Origin: Callorhinchus milii | Lineage: Eukaryota | Direction of reading: 5' to 3' | DNA length: 64,000 nucleotides | Assembly (NCBI RefSeq): GCF_018977255.1 | Contig: NW_024704742.1 | Coordinates: forward strand, 53,260,001 to 53,324,000 | Shown here: positions 13,843 to 26,530 of the stretch, one piece after another | How positions within the stretch are numbered: the first letter of the stretch is position 1 | Layout: every line of letters begins with the position of its first letter | Position numbers and translations under genes: made by a program | The notes under the pieces: generated by a model | Database searches by the model: none | Told to the model about the DNA's origin: nothing | The model's input: only the letters and a program-made list of their open reading frames with translations

Positions 13843-14662
13843 GAACATAATTGGAAAATTACAGCGCAGAAAAATACCATTTAGCCCATCATGTCTGTGT
13901 TGGCTTTTTTAAGAAAGATTGTTTCAGTTTCATTTACCTGCCCTTTCCCCCTTGTAGATTACTCCTTTTGAGATATCTATCTAATTCTCCTTTGAAAGCA
14001 AATATGGTTTCTGCCTCCGCCATTGCTCCCGGCAAAGCATTCCATATCCTAACTCATCTGTACATGTTTTTGTTTCCTTATCTCCCCATTTGCTCATTTG
14101 CTTGCTATCTTAAACTGATGCCCTTTCATCACTGACCATAGAAATGTAGAAATCTACAGTGCAGAAGGAGTCATTCAGTCCATCGAGTCTACCCCAACTC
14201 ACGGAGCAAGGAGATCAATTCAATCCCATTGCCTTATCCCTGTACCCCTTCAAACCCCTCTCTTTCATATGCTGGTATATTTCTCTTTTGAAAGCCACAA
14301 TAGGCTCTTCCTCCACCACTCTACTGGGCAGGGCATTCAACATCCAAACAACTCTCTGGGTGAAATAATTTCTCTTAAGTTCTCCCTTCACCGTATTTGT
14401 GGGTTTCCTATAACTATGTCCCTTATTAATAGGAATAACTTCTCCCTTTACTCTGTCAAAACCCTTCAGAAATTGTGACACCTCTATTAGGTTCCCCCTC
14501 AACCTTTTCTGCTCCAATGAAAACAGACCCAGCCTCTCCAATCTCTCCTCATAACTGTAGCCCTTCTGTAGTACTGTAAACCAGTAGAAATAATTTCTCC
14601 CTATTGATTCTATCAAAACCTCTCATAATTTTAAAGACCTCTATCAGGTCATCTCTCAACTT
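13843..14662 (-). mobile_element. Older CR1 3' fragment (host; pieces ~13843-14136 and ~14578-14662)
   Basis: CCATTTAGCCCATC, GCATTCCATATCCTAAC, and resumption at CCAGTAGAAATAATTTCTCCC after the insert. Confidence 0.75.
14137..14570 (-). mobile_element. CR1 LINE 3' fragment nested in an older CR1
   Basis: ORF 14215..14616(-) YSYEERLERLGLFSLEQKRLRGNLIEV...FTQRVVWMLNALP; CATAGAAA-type tail at 14137. Confidence 0.9.
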
Positions 14663-15834
14663 TTGCACCTTCCATTTGCAAATAAATAAGAAAAAAATGT
14701 TTTCCCAAATATTATTTTATGAAGGTAAATTACTCTTTTGATCTCACGCCCATATACAGTCCTGTCAGTGGAAAACACATCAAATGGGTGTCGTGGCCTA
14801 AAAATAATTCCAGGTTTCTATATTGGTGTTTTGGAGATCAATTCTGCACTGTTAAATATTGAGATAAAATAAGACCTGGGTTTGGAGGATTACATTGAAA
14901 CATCTACTTAACCTTTTAGTGACTTTAAGATCAGGAGGCGTGAAGACAATTCAGTTAAAAATGATCAGCGAATTCAACCCTAGCTAGAGTAGGTATCCAA
15001 TTAGGAAAACAAGTCGTACTCTGAGTAAGTGCTGTTCACTGCAGGCTCCAGTGGGTATGTTAGCACATAGGAGATCTGTAGCACTTCATTAACAGGGAAT
15101 TAGGGAGGAAGTGCTGAAAGGTGACAGTGTGAAGCAGAGAGGAAGAAGGCAATTATTTTCTGGGCACCAATTATTCTTGTGGACTGGAGCTTGCCTGAAT
15201 ACACCAGCTGCAGGAGTCAATAAAGCCCTGGTTATATCACAGCTCCACCGTTGACAACGCTGCCTTCAACACTAGCCCTGAATATGAACGAGATGCTGTC
15301 ACCACCATGCCCCGAGGTGTTCGACTAAAAAGGGTAAAAGCACCCGAACATCGAGCTAAAGGTTTGTAACCCACAAGCACGGAAACAAGAAGTGAGCTAT
15401 CGTGTTTTTTTACTCAACAGAAATAATATTCTTGGTTTTCTTTCCCAAATAAGGTGCAACCACTGTGTAGGATAAAAAAAAATCAACAATTTCCAGATAA
15501 AATGAGTCATTCACTTAATTGGCTGCTTGTGGGACATTGCTATGTGCAAGTTGTCTGTATGTTCATACAAATACACAGTCACTGAATTTTACAGTAAATC
15601 CCATCACGTGCTTCAAGATGGCCTTCCAATGTGAAAGTGTGCTAATCAAATGCAAGGATTATGTATTTATTTAAATTTAAACTAATTGGCCCATGAAACC
15701 TACTCGGATGTATTAACAGTGGAGTCACTGTGCAATGGACAATGGATGGCTGAGGTAACTTCTGTTTTTGTTTAAAATACCTTTCCCGGCCGTACTGCAG
15801 ACCATGTGACTGATGCCAGGTTTATATTGCTGCA

Positions 15835-16075
15835 GTTTGGGAGCCAATTTGCACACAACAATGTTCCACAAGCAGTGAAGTAAATGACCAATTTTTTCTG
15901 GAGGATTGTTGGGCAGGCCACTCGGAAAAGCTCTCTTTTTATTTCTCAGTAGAGCCATGGGATCTTAAACATCAACCTGAACAGGCAGAAGAGACCTTAC
16001 CTTAACATTTTATCTGAAAGATGGCACCTCTGTCAATGGGTGCTCCGCTAGCATTGCAATGGAGTGTCAGCATCA
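15835..16075 (-). mobile_element. Older Deu SINE fragment
   Basis: GCCAATTTGCACACAACAATG...GCCATGGGATCTT...GAAAGATGGCACCTC...GGAGTGTCAGC. Confidence 0.75.
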
Positions 16076-16947
16076 GTATCTAATCACTAAGAAGTATATT
16101 ATAAAGTGCTAAAAAGTGTCTTGCCTTCAATGGTTATCCAATTCCTATGGGGTCAAACTTTGCCTAAACTCAGATCCTTCCTTAATGACCTGACAAAGGA
16201 ACATGGAACAAGGGAAATTATGCCAAGAGACTGCTAACAATATGTTCACACACGTAACAATTGGGACATAATCACTGAGCTCATAAGCACACAGAAGAAA
16301 AGTGGCTCTCCCTGTGAACTTTACAAAGAGATTTGCCAGGTAGGAAGTAATATTTATTTTAATTTTCATTGCTTGTGAGTTTTTGATTTAAGGAAAACTG
16401 TTCTCATTTTTGAAAAACAGCCCATTCCTTGGAGCTCTGTGTCTACGACTAACTTAAACCCTAACAGGTCATCTCACTTGACCGGAGCCAGCAAGAATTC
16501 ACAGATCTTTGTCAAGCCTTGACATACTTCTATTAATAGACTGGCCTATGATGCTCTTCCTTTTTGCAATTGCTCCTGTCAAGTGAAAGGGAGGACAGAG
16601 GTAAGAGTGAGGTCTGGGAACTAACGTGGAGAAAATCAAGGCATGCAAAAGTTGCAGCTGTAGCAAAGATGTTCCAGATGTCAAATCCTATAGTGGGATC
16701 AACAGAGTCAGCCTGCTGCCATATTAATGCCGGCAATGTTATTGCAGCTTGTACTCTTGAGTAAAAAAAAGCTTTTAAAAAACATTTTAAGACTTCCTGG
16801 AGTGTCAATGAAATTAGTGTGTTCTCCTCCCCCACCCCTGGAAAATAAGAGGAATATCCCACAGTATTTGTTTGCATTTGAAATAAAAAAACTTTTGTTG
16901 CTAAGCATATTATTCAACCACTGCCCATCTTGAACGTATTTGGAATT

Positions 16948-17325
16948 ATTTTTGGTCAGCTGGGTGACTGACACATGCAGAAAACCATCACCATGCTTAA
17001 AAGTATACAAACCAGACTAAAAGTTGCACATAGATAAGTTACCTACACATGGAAATTTCCCTGTGTATAGGATTGAATGTGCACTATCTCCTTGGAGGGA
17101 TAGACCATACTTACCGAATTCCATATAGCGTTAGGCTTGCAGGTTGGCAAGAGTCAAGGCTTGGAAACTACAGAGGGATATCGCTAGAGAAACTATTGGG
17201 ATATTGCTAGAGATTAACCATCTGAAACTGCACAGCTTGCCATTGAAAGTACTGTCTGGTAAGCTTCCCACTGCTTGTCCAACACAGACAAACCAAACAT
17301 GTTAGAGTTTTGGCTTAACAAGAAC
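16948..17325 (-). mobile_element. Family C copy (long)
   Basis: Same 3' end; similarity to the 55005 copy extends to CTTGCCATTGAAAGTACTGTCTGGTAAGCTTCCCACTGCTTGTCCA. Confidence 0.8.
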
Positions 17326-17519
17326 TGAGGGGGTAGAATCCTCCTCCCATTGATTGGTCTGATCCTTCATGTCCTGCCGATAAGCCAGCTGGCTGGTCTG
17401 CCATTAGCAGTGCGTTAGAGAACAGTGAACGGCCTGACTACCAAGGCTACCATAGAGGATTAAGTAAATTTTGACAGTCCATTGCCAAGCATGTCAATTT
17501 GGAGCCAACTCAGTTCCAA

Positions 17520-17832
17520 GTAGCTCAGTGGTTAGAGCACTCGCTTTGCAAGCGAGAGACCTGAGTTCAATTCCAGACAGGGCGAAACCTTGGGCAAGTT
17601 TCCTTACTCCACGCGCCTAATAATAATCCCTCCAAAACAAAAAACAATAATAAATTGGTCATTTTCAATCCACGACTGTTTGTGGGACATTGCTGTGCGC
17701 AATTGGCTGCCGCGTTCGCCCACAAATATACAGTCAATTCACTTTACAGTCTATTCTGTGAAGCGCTTTGGGACATCTAGAAGATGTGAAAAGTGCTATA
17801 TCAAATGCAGGGATTATTATTATTATTATTAT
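17520..17832 (+). mobile_element. Family A SINE, short form, lacking the first few nt
   Basis: GTAGCTCAGTGGTTAGAGCACTCGCTTTGCAAGCGAG through the (ATT)n tail. Confidence 0.95.
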
Positions 17833-17944
17833 AGGGTGACACTGTTTATGTCACCCCCTACCACCACCATACAATTTTTAAGACAAAGAGAGAAGGATAG
17901 ACTAATGAGACAGAGACATATACACTAGGGTGATGTAAGTTTGT

Positions 17945-18325
17945 GGAGTCCTGTAGCTGAGTGATTGGAACACTCACCTCTCAAGCGAGAGGACCTGCGT
18001 TCATTTCCCAGCAGGGCAAATCATTGGGCAAGTTTCCTTATTCCACACACCTCTATTTACCTAGCAGTAAGTAGGTACATAGTTGTTAGTTGAATGGCAG
18101 ATGACTTTTCCGGGGGTAATAATTCCTTCAAAACAAAAATAAATTTAAAAAAAAATGTTTTGGTGACTCGATCCACGGCTGTTTGTGGGACACTGCTGTG
18201 CGCAATTGGCTGCCGAGTTTCGCCCACAAAATATAGTCAATTAACTTTACACTATATTCTGTGAAGGGCTTTGAGACATCTCAAAGATGATAAGGAGCTA
18301 TATCAACTGCAAGGATTATTATTAT
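17945..18325 (+). mobile_element. Family A SINE, long form
   Basis: Same head and tail plus an extra ~65-nt internal segment (CTATTTACCTAGCAGTAAGTAGG...GGCAGATGACTTTTCCGGGGG). Confidence 0.9.
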
Positions 18326-19399
18326 ACAAAGACAGAGTGAGATATGCAGATTGAACAAATTCACAGTGAGATGGTATAGGGATTGAGAGGGGGACAGAAT
18401 CAGAAAGTGAGGAAGAGAAAGGTAGAAAGAAACACAAAGGTAAACAGAAGTCAAAGATTCATTTGCAAAAGAAAAATATACCAACAGTTAACTCCTTCAT
18501 ATTTTGGTAAACCCCATCCTAGGATGGGGTACTTTTCTGGGCTATACAGCAATATGTGCAGAAGCTTTTAGATAGGATTCTAAAACATTAAATTTATCAG
18601 AGTTTATAAACAGAAACTTCATCCCAGGTGACTGTACTGGGGAGTGTTCAATGTGTTGAATACCAATCCCATGGACAACAGAATTAGCAATCTCAACCAT
18701 ACAGTAAAGCATTCCACGAGGACTGATCTGATCTCATTCTCACAGTCCCTCACTCTAATATTTCATACCACTGGAATTACAAACTGTTCTGCACATGTGT
18801 GAAAAGATCAGCTGGCACAGTCACACAAAGCCTCCAATGACATCGTGGGAATTACCAGTAGCAAACCAAAGCAATTTCTAACCCCAAATCCTCCACAACC
18901 AGTAGTCGTGTTGGTGCTGTAAATTGAAAAATCTTCTATTCTTCCTCTCCCCTTTTCTGCTCTTTGCTCCTGAAGCTTCTTACTTGTTCTGGAGTAGTTC
19001 CTCAGGTGCCTTCTGAAACCTTCCCCAGGTTCCTATTCTTCACCCATGACCTTGGGCAGTGAATGTTCTCTGGACTCCTCCTCCAACCACCCACTCCACA
19101 AACCAGGACTTTACAGGGACGTGTGTCAGGCCCAGAATTCCGCTAGCAATCCCACACACAACCGCAAACCCAACCTTCATAGAAGTTTCAACACAGCCTT
19201 GTTAGCTCTTAGGTTGTCATAATAATATTAGCAAAAGGTTTTCACAGTTTGCACAAGTACAAAAAGTAAAGAGTAAACGTTCGAATAATAGTTACCCCAA
19301 AAAATCGTGATTGTAAAAGGTAGTAAAAGAAGAATAGGCTTGCAGTGGGCGTGGGAGGGTGGGAGGGAAAGAGGGAGGGTCTGCTCCATGCACTGATGT

Positions 19400-19745
19400 G
19401 GAGTTCTGTAGCTCAGTGGTTAGAGCAGTTGCCTCGAAAGCGAGAGGACTCAAGTCCTTCCTGAGCAGAGCAAAATCTTAGGCAAGCTACTTACTCCACA
19501 CACACGCCTCTACTTACCTAGTAGTAAGTAGAAACCAGGTTGTTAGTCAACTGGCAGATTGCTTTTCTGTAAGAAAATCCCTTTTAAAAAAAATTTGGTC
19601 ACTCAATCCACGACTGTTTGTGTGCAATTGGCTGCCGTTTTTCATCCACAAAATATACAGTCAATTCACTTTACAGTATATTCTGTGAAGTGCTTTGAGA
19701 CGTCTCGAAGATGTGATAAGACGTTATATCAAATGCCAGGATTAT
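19400..19745 (+). mobile_element. Family A SINE, long form
   Basis: GGAGTTCTGTAGCTCAGTGGTTAGAGC head, internal AGTAAGTAG segment, Deu-like core and tail. Confidence 0.9.
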
Positions 19746-20034
19746 GTTTATCAGCTCCTCAAACTGCTGGATCACCACAGCCACTTTGGTGTGACGCAAT
19801 TCCAATAGATCTCCTGACTGATACAATCCACTTTCCTAACCAGGGACTCTGAGGCCAAAGTTAGCACCATATTACTGCCCAAGCCAAGGCAGCCAACGGA
19901 ACCACAGCCCAGGGATTGAATTTGGGAGACATTTGGTCAATACGAGATAGCACCACAACATATGGTTCATTTATTAATTCATGTATCGAAGAAACTCCTA
20001 ACCTGAAATTCAATACAAAAGTAACTTTGTTGTT

Positions 20035-20185
20035 GAGCAGCCAGGTGTCACTTCCACACATGCGGAAACCCATCGCCATTCTTAAAGAGTATCCTAACCA
20101 GACTGGAGTTCCACATATGTATGCCACCTACATTTGGAAATTTCCCTGTGCACTTGAATATGCACTCTCTACCCCTGGAGCGATT
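20035..20185 (-). mobile_element. Family C copy
   Basis: CACATGCGGAAACCCATCGCCATTCTTAAAGAGTATCCTAACCAGACTG. Confidence 0.75.
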
Positions 20186-23100
20186 AATGCAATGAACGGA
20201 GAATACAGGGGGTGGAAAATGCGATGTGAGATGTGACAATTATTCAATTGCTTAAAATTGTGGTTGAATTAGTTCACAACTAAAGATGTGAACTCCCCCC
20301 TCCTCCCTCCCCAGGGCAATTGTTGGGCATAAAGCTAGCCAAAGCTTTCAGCACGTATCATGGTAGTCGTGGAACACATCATTCTTTGTGGATGCCAGTT
20401 GAGCTCAATCTGACAGAACTGCAATAATTATCATCTTGCTCCATTTTCACCCTGTACATTTTTCTCTCTACCTTTTAAACCTTTAATGTCCAAAGAACAA
20501 ATAGAATATGAGTGGAAGGAAATTCTTGGTTTTCATCTGAATTAAATAAACCCATTAATACTGGTGTGATATGTCCTAGATTTATTTTGGATCACAACTG
20601 ACTGCACAAGCACAATGGCTCTGCCCTCTGTGTTCATGTTAGGTCATATTGTCAACAGCTTGAGTGACAAGACAGGAGCACATTCATCTGTGCCCGAGTG
20701 AAAGGCTTCACCTCTTATACACAGGTGCCTGTAAAGTGAGAGTGCATTGCTCTGGAGGCAAGATCTAGAGAGAAGCCAAGAGGAATGCAAACAAATGTGA
20801 ACAGGCACGGCTGATCAAACATCAAAGGGATCTGTCTGCTTAAAGAGATCAGAGAAATCAAGCACAGGAGCCCTTTGGAGGAACACAGGTATGTTTACAA
20901 ACACCAGATATGCAGCCCAGAGCCAGCATCCGTATTGCCATCTTATTTCACAACCACTCCAAGATATCATCACCAAAGTACTGTCAGTATTACTGGGGAA
21001 TCGAGTCTCTGTTCATTGCCGTATTTCACTGCAAGCAGTGAATCAGACATGCTCACCGACAAAGGTGGGAGAGCTTTTAACGAATTCTGGTCCCGTTCTC
21101 TGGGACTTCATCCTGGAGTCACTTTGCCTCGTCTCCCTCCTTCGCCACCTTCGAAGCCTGCCTTACAATTTACCTCTTTAATTGCACTTTCAATCATCTT
21201 CCCTCCACACACACCTCCTGTACCCCCCACCCTGCTCAACCAGCTGTATGAAGCATTTTGAGACATTTTCCTGACATGAAAGGCAATATATAAATGTAAA
21301 TTGTATTGCATATTTACCAATGATGAAGAAGTCCCACCATCCCCTCCGATAAACATTGCATTAAATAATATAGCACAAGAACCTGGAAAACCTAAGAGCA
21401 CATGGTGGAGATAAGCTGCCCAGTATTGGGTCCATTTAGTGATACATTAAATAATTACTAATAATTATCACTGAATGTTTCCAGGATGCGCTAGAGGCAG
21501 ACTCCTCCTCCAACACCGCTCTCAGTGACAACGTTCATAAAAATGGCACTGGATCTCCAAATAAACCCTTTAGAGTTGACCATCAAAATAATTTTTTTTG
21601 ATTGAATATTTCTTGATGTATAAGAAATCAAATCAAGAAAAAAATGGAAACACACTACAAATTGACCATGTGTAAAACTTCAGAAGAGCAAACTTGAAGA
21701 CGAGTTCCAGGAAGGACTCAGCAGGAGGCTGGACTACAGGAGGAAACAAGGGAAGAATGGATATTGTTCAAGTCCAGTTGAAGGGATGGAGAAAATAAAA
21801 CCCCGGTGAGAAAATCTGCAAAACAACAATGTCTGAATAAGTAGGTCCAAAGAACCCAAAGACAAACATATTATTTTCAAATTGGTAACAAACATAGAAA
21901 GAAAACAACTATCTCTTGTGAAAATGTAGTGTGGATTGAGAGTCACAATAAAAGCCAGTCAAAGATAACCAAAGTCACTAAATAAAAGGGTAAAAAAGAA
22001 TAGAAAGGCTGACTGTGATTAGCAGCAACAGTAACCCATAAATATGTTTTAGTTCCATATGAAGTAGATGGAAAATTACAGCCCCATTAAACTGCTGGAA
22101 GTGATGTCTATACAATAATAAGTTGCAGCAGTGAGCGTTTCGGAGACAAAAGCTGAATTTATTCTTTCTGGCACTGAATACCTTCTTCAGGGGCTGAGGA
22201 GATTTCTGTGCATTGTATAAGTACAATAACAAATACAGCGACCTTCACATGGGTAGCGTGTCGGAATGCTGAAGTCACACATGGACAGAGGTCTGCTTCC
22301 TGGCATCAAACAGGATTGACTTTTTAATCCTATTCATGGTAATTATCCATGAATTATTCATTTGATATCATGGCTTTCACATAGGTCTCAAAGCTGTTCA
22401 GAGGATTTCCTGTATAGTATTATGCATTTGAGGCGAATTCAGTCAGGAGTGCTATTAGCAATCCATTATGAAAGACCTTGCATTTTATAGCATCCAATGT
22501 TAAAAAAAAGCTTTACAGTAATTATGGTCAGATTTAGTGACTGCCTTAGTATTCCAACACAATAGCTATATTACGTAGAGCAAGATTCCACAAACGGCCA
22601 TATTTATCTGGGAGATTGTGAACTCAGGCACCGGGAGAAACCCACTTCTCTTTATGAATAGTGTTAAGAGAAATTTGACACGTACCTCAAGAACAAACAG
22701 ATAAGACCGTGGTTTAATGTCTCATCTGAAGAATGATACTTTTCACAATGCATCACCTCCCCTGTGCTGCACTGGCATGACGAGGAGCTCAAGTGACAGA
22801 TGGGGTGAGAGCTGGTCACAATGTTTTATTAATTGAAATCGACTGAAGTATAACTGGAATCAAATAACACTTATTCTGCAGCCAATAATGCATTAATTGG
22901 AGAGATCAATATCATATTGATGCCCCAAAACGCTTCACAGGATTTTACTGTGAATGTAGTGACTGTGTATTTGGAAGGAAACTTTATTGGAATAGCATCA
23001 ACCTCCGGCAACCCCTGACAAACACATATACACATCTTGATATTGCACCACACTTGGAATAGCATTGGGACAGCATCTTAAAACAATCATTAAAAGGAAA

Positions 23101-23727
23101 TAATTAGTATAATTATGAAATGCAAAGGAAACATCAAGCTCTATTACATCACATTGCTGTGTTATTAGAACGCTCGGTATAATTGGTGTAGAAACTTTCC
23201 ACTGAATTGAATGGCCAGCTGGGCTTTGATGTCTTGCAGTTTCTGACAGCTCAACCTACTGCTGGAGGTTATTCTGTTGTGAGTTGCAGGATCCCGCTCC
23301 TTCCCTGTGTCCTGACCCAAACATTTCACCATGCAGTGAATCATAGCATGATGGTGAAACACCCTGTATTTTAGATCTCCTTTACTTTTGGGTTTATATT
23401 TATTAAAAACTATAAAAGGAAAAATTGCTCAGTCGTTAATGCTGCGGCAAACTACCCCAGAGACCCCGCTGGTAACTGTTCAGCTTAATGAAAGATTCCC
23501 TGCTTTGATTCACTGATCTAAGTTCCACTATACATTCCACTGCTCTGTACAGAAGTTGGCTGTTTGAACATTTTTATTGGACTATCAATTATGTGTGACA
23601 TTTAATTTTCTATATTCTACTATATACTGTTACGTTTCTGAAGACATTCATCAATGCTGTGGGTTTGTATCCCAAAACTAATAAACTGAGTTAGTTTGTC
23701 CCGGTATTAGGATTCCTTCAGACCCTT

Positions 23728-23951
23728 AGGTGAATTTTGCTGTTTTTCTTAACAGGATTTCTTAAGGAATCTCGTGAAAATTGTATTTGAAGCAGATGCA
23801 GGAATACTACTCCGTTTTGATCTATTTTCAGAGCAAGGTTTCCCTTCAGTCAGCTTGACTTGCATGTAATATTTCCAGTTACCAGGAGTTCTAACTTGGA
23901 TTGGTTTATTGATTAAACAATCCTGTTAAGAAATACCGCAAGATTGACCCC
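23728..23951. mobile_element. MITE with ~32-bp TIRs, superfamily uncertain
   Basis: Left AGGTGAATTTTGCTGTTTTTCTTAACAGGATT versus right reverse complement GGGTCAATCTTGCGGTATTTCTTAACAGGATT. Confidence 0.7.
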
Positions 23952-24517
23952 CCCCCCCCACCCCTCCCTTTTGCACTCTTCCTCCTCAAAGCATCTTTAT
24001 GCAACAAAAACAAAATGTTACAATTTCATAGCGCTTGTCATGTTGGGAGGATGTCTCAAAGCTCTACTCAGTTGAAATCAGAATTAATCACACTGTCTAT
24101 TACACTAACTCTTACTTTCCCAGGATCTCATGAATTTCTTATATCCTTAATTTTCTTCTGCAAGTTTGTTTTAAATGTACTGTAGCATCATCTACACGTT
24201 ACATGATTTGATATTATAAATCCAGTAAAATTACAATTTGGAATCATCAAAACTGAATTAAGTCAATATCCAGTGAAGGAGCATTCCAAATCTACCTCCA
24301 GGACTTAAGATCAAACTCTTACCATTGCCTAAAGATTCAAACTTGGCACTGATATTTATTTTGTAAGTTGGGGAAGGAGTGGGGTAGAAGAGGAGAGAAG
24401 TGGGGGAAGGGGATGGGGAGAGGAGGAGAGGGAGGGCAGGGAGAAGAGAGCAGGACCTTCAAACGCACTATGAACTGCCAATTGTCGCATTGAGGCCACT
24501 ATTATTCTTAAAAAATA

Positions 24518-24850
24518 GGACCTGGGTTTGATTCCCGGGCAGGGCAAAACATTAAGTAAGTTTCCTTACTCCACATGCCTCTGTTTAGCTTGCAGTAAGT
24601 AGGAACCCGGTTGTTAGTTGGTTGGCGGATTGTTTTTCCAGGGGTAATGATCACTTAAACAAAACTAATAATAATAATTTTGTCACTCAATCCACAACTG
24701 TTTGTGGGACACTTCTGTGTGCAATTGGCTGGCATGTATCGCCTACAAAATATACAGTTAATTAGCTTAACAGTATATTCTGTGAAATGCTTTGAGACGT
24801 CTCCGAGACGTGTTAAGGCGTTATATCAAATGCAAGGATTATTATTATTT
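24518..24850 (+). mobile_element. Family A SINE, long form, 5'-truncated
   Basis: Starts near the B box; internal segment, core and (ATT)n tail present. Confidence 0.88.
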
Positions 24851-24890
24851 TTCTCTCACTGAGAAGTGTCCAGTGCAATACACTTAGATT

Positions 24891-25195
24891 GCAGGGCAAA
24901 ACGTTGGGCAAGTTTCCTTACTCCATACGCTTCTGTTTAACTAGCAGTGAGTAGGAACATGGTTGTTATTCGATTGGCAGATGACTTTTCTGGGGGTAAT
25001 AATCCCTCAAAAAAATAATAGTAATAATAATCATTTGATCACTCAATCCACTACTGTTTGTGGGACACTGCTGTGTTCAACTGGCTGCTGCGTTTCGCCC
25101 ACAAAATATAGTCAATTAACTTTACAGTATATTCTGTGAAGCACTTTGAAATGTCTCAAAGGCGCTATAGCAAATGCAAGGAATATTATTATTAT
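24891..25195 (+). mobile_element. Family A SINE, long form, 5'-truncated, tandem to the previous copy
   Basis: GCAGGGCAAAACGTTGGGCAAGTTTCC through the tail. Confidence 0.88.
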
Positions 25196-25882
25196 CTTGT
25201 AAGTACAGACGTGACAAGTACAGACATGACAAACATCCAGTATCCTCTGTGTGTCTGCCATTACAACATACCTACAATAGAAATATATGCCTTTCTTTAT
25301 TGGCTTTTATTTCTATAGTGCCGCTAAATTTAATATTTTATTTACTGCAATTCAAAAATACTTTATCAGTTTTGTTCCAAAACAATATTTTGGAACAAAA
25401 GTTAATTTAAACATTCTGGAATATGCTTTACTTAAAATACAACCATCCAAATGAATTGTGTTACTTCTGTCATCCAGCAGTGGAACTAAAATCCAATGTC
25501 TCTAAAGGCGGGTCAGAGATTATAACCTCCAAAGGGTGAGACAACAAATGATCTTTACATTTTACCTCTACAACAGGCTCCATACCACCATGTAATGAAA
25601 AAGCACAAGGTTTCAGTGTGTAAGAAGCATGTGATACTGAGCCCTTGCAATAACATTTCTAAAGATAATGTAACAATGGAATGATTAGCTTTTTAGTTAA
25701 AATGTTGGAGTAGTCTATATTGAAAGCCACAGGGTGGTAAAAAAAACTCTCCAACAAGTCCTAGCGACTTTTGTATAATTTTTATGAGAGATCCAATTTT
25801 TTTTGTGTGGGGGTAGTTTGTACTTAAACCGGGAGACAACATTATAGGAACACAATATTAAAAGGTAACAAGTCAAAGGAAA

Positions 25883-26395
25883 ATAGAAACATAGGATCAG
25901 GAGTAGGGCAATCAGCCCTTCAAGCCTGTTAGAATTCAATTAGACCATGGCTGACCTGCACCTCAACTAATCCTTTCAATTCCAATTTCCCACTTTTTCC
26001 CCATATCCCTTAACACCCTGACCTACCAAAAATCTATCAACCTCACTCTTGAAGGTGTGGATGGATCCAGCATCCACGGCCTTTTGGGGGAAGAGAATTC
26101 CAGATTTCTAACCATCCTTTGAGTGAAAAAATGCTTCCTGATTTCACTCTTAAATGGCCTGGTTCTAATTTTAAGACTATGTCCCCTTGTTTTGGATTCC
26201 TCCACCAGAGGAAATAGCTTCTCTGTATCTACCGTGTCAAATCGCTTTATCATCTTAAACACCTCAATCAAATCACCCCTCAACCTTCTAACCTCAAGGG
26301 AATACAATCCAACTTTACGCAGCCTTTCCCCGTAACTTAACACTTTAAGACCCCGTAACATTCTGGTGAACCTGAGCTGCACCCTCTCGAGGACC
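25883..26395 (-). mobile_element. CR1 LINE 3' fragment
   Basis: ORF 26023..26412(-) LERVQLRFTRMLRGLKVLSYGERLRKVGLYSLEVRRLRGDLIEVFKMIK. Confidence 0.92.
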
Positions 26396-26398
26396 ATA

Positions 26399-26530
26399 TG
26401 ACGAAAGGTCATTGACCTGACACGTTAACGCACTTTCCTCTCTCCATAGATGCTGCCTGACCTGCTGAGTGTTCCCAGCGACTTCTGTTTTTATTTCAGA
26501 TTTCCAGCATCTGAATATTTTGCCTTTTGT
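26399..26530 (+). mobile_element. Penelope-like element terminal fragment with a degenerate minimal hammerhead
   Basis: TGACGA-A-AGGTCA-T-TGACCT-GACAC-GTT then CATAGATGCTGCCTGACCTGCTGAGT...CAGATTTCCAGCATCTG, resembling the common chondrichthyan Penelope-like end (recognised from memory). Confidence 0.7.

Noticed and set aside
17590..17928. Recurring ORFs such as MGKFPYS... and [16 protein letters not shown]... suggesting a gene family
   Set aside because: They are chance frames through SINE copies; the poly-Y and poly-I runs come from the (ATT)n tail.
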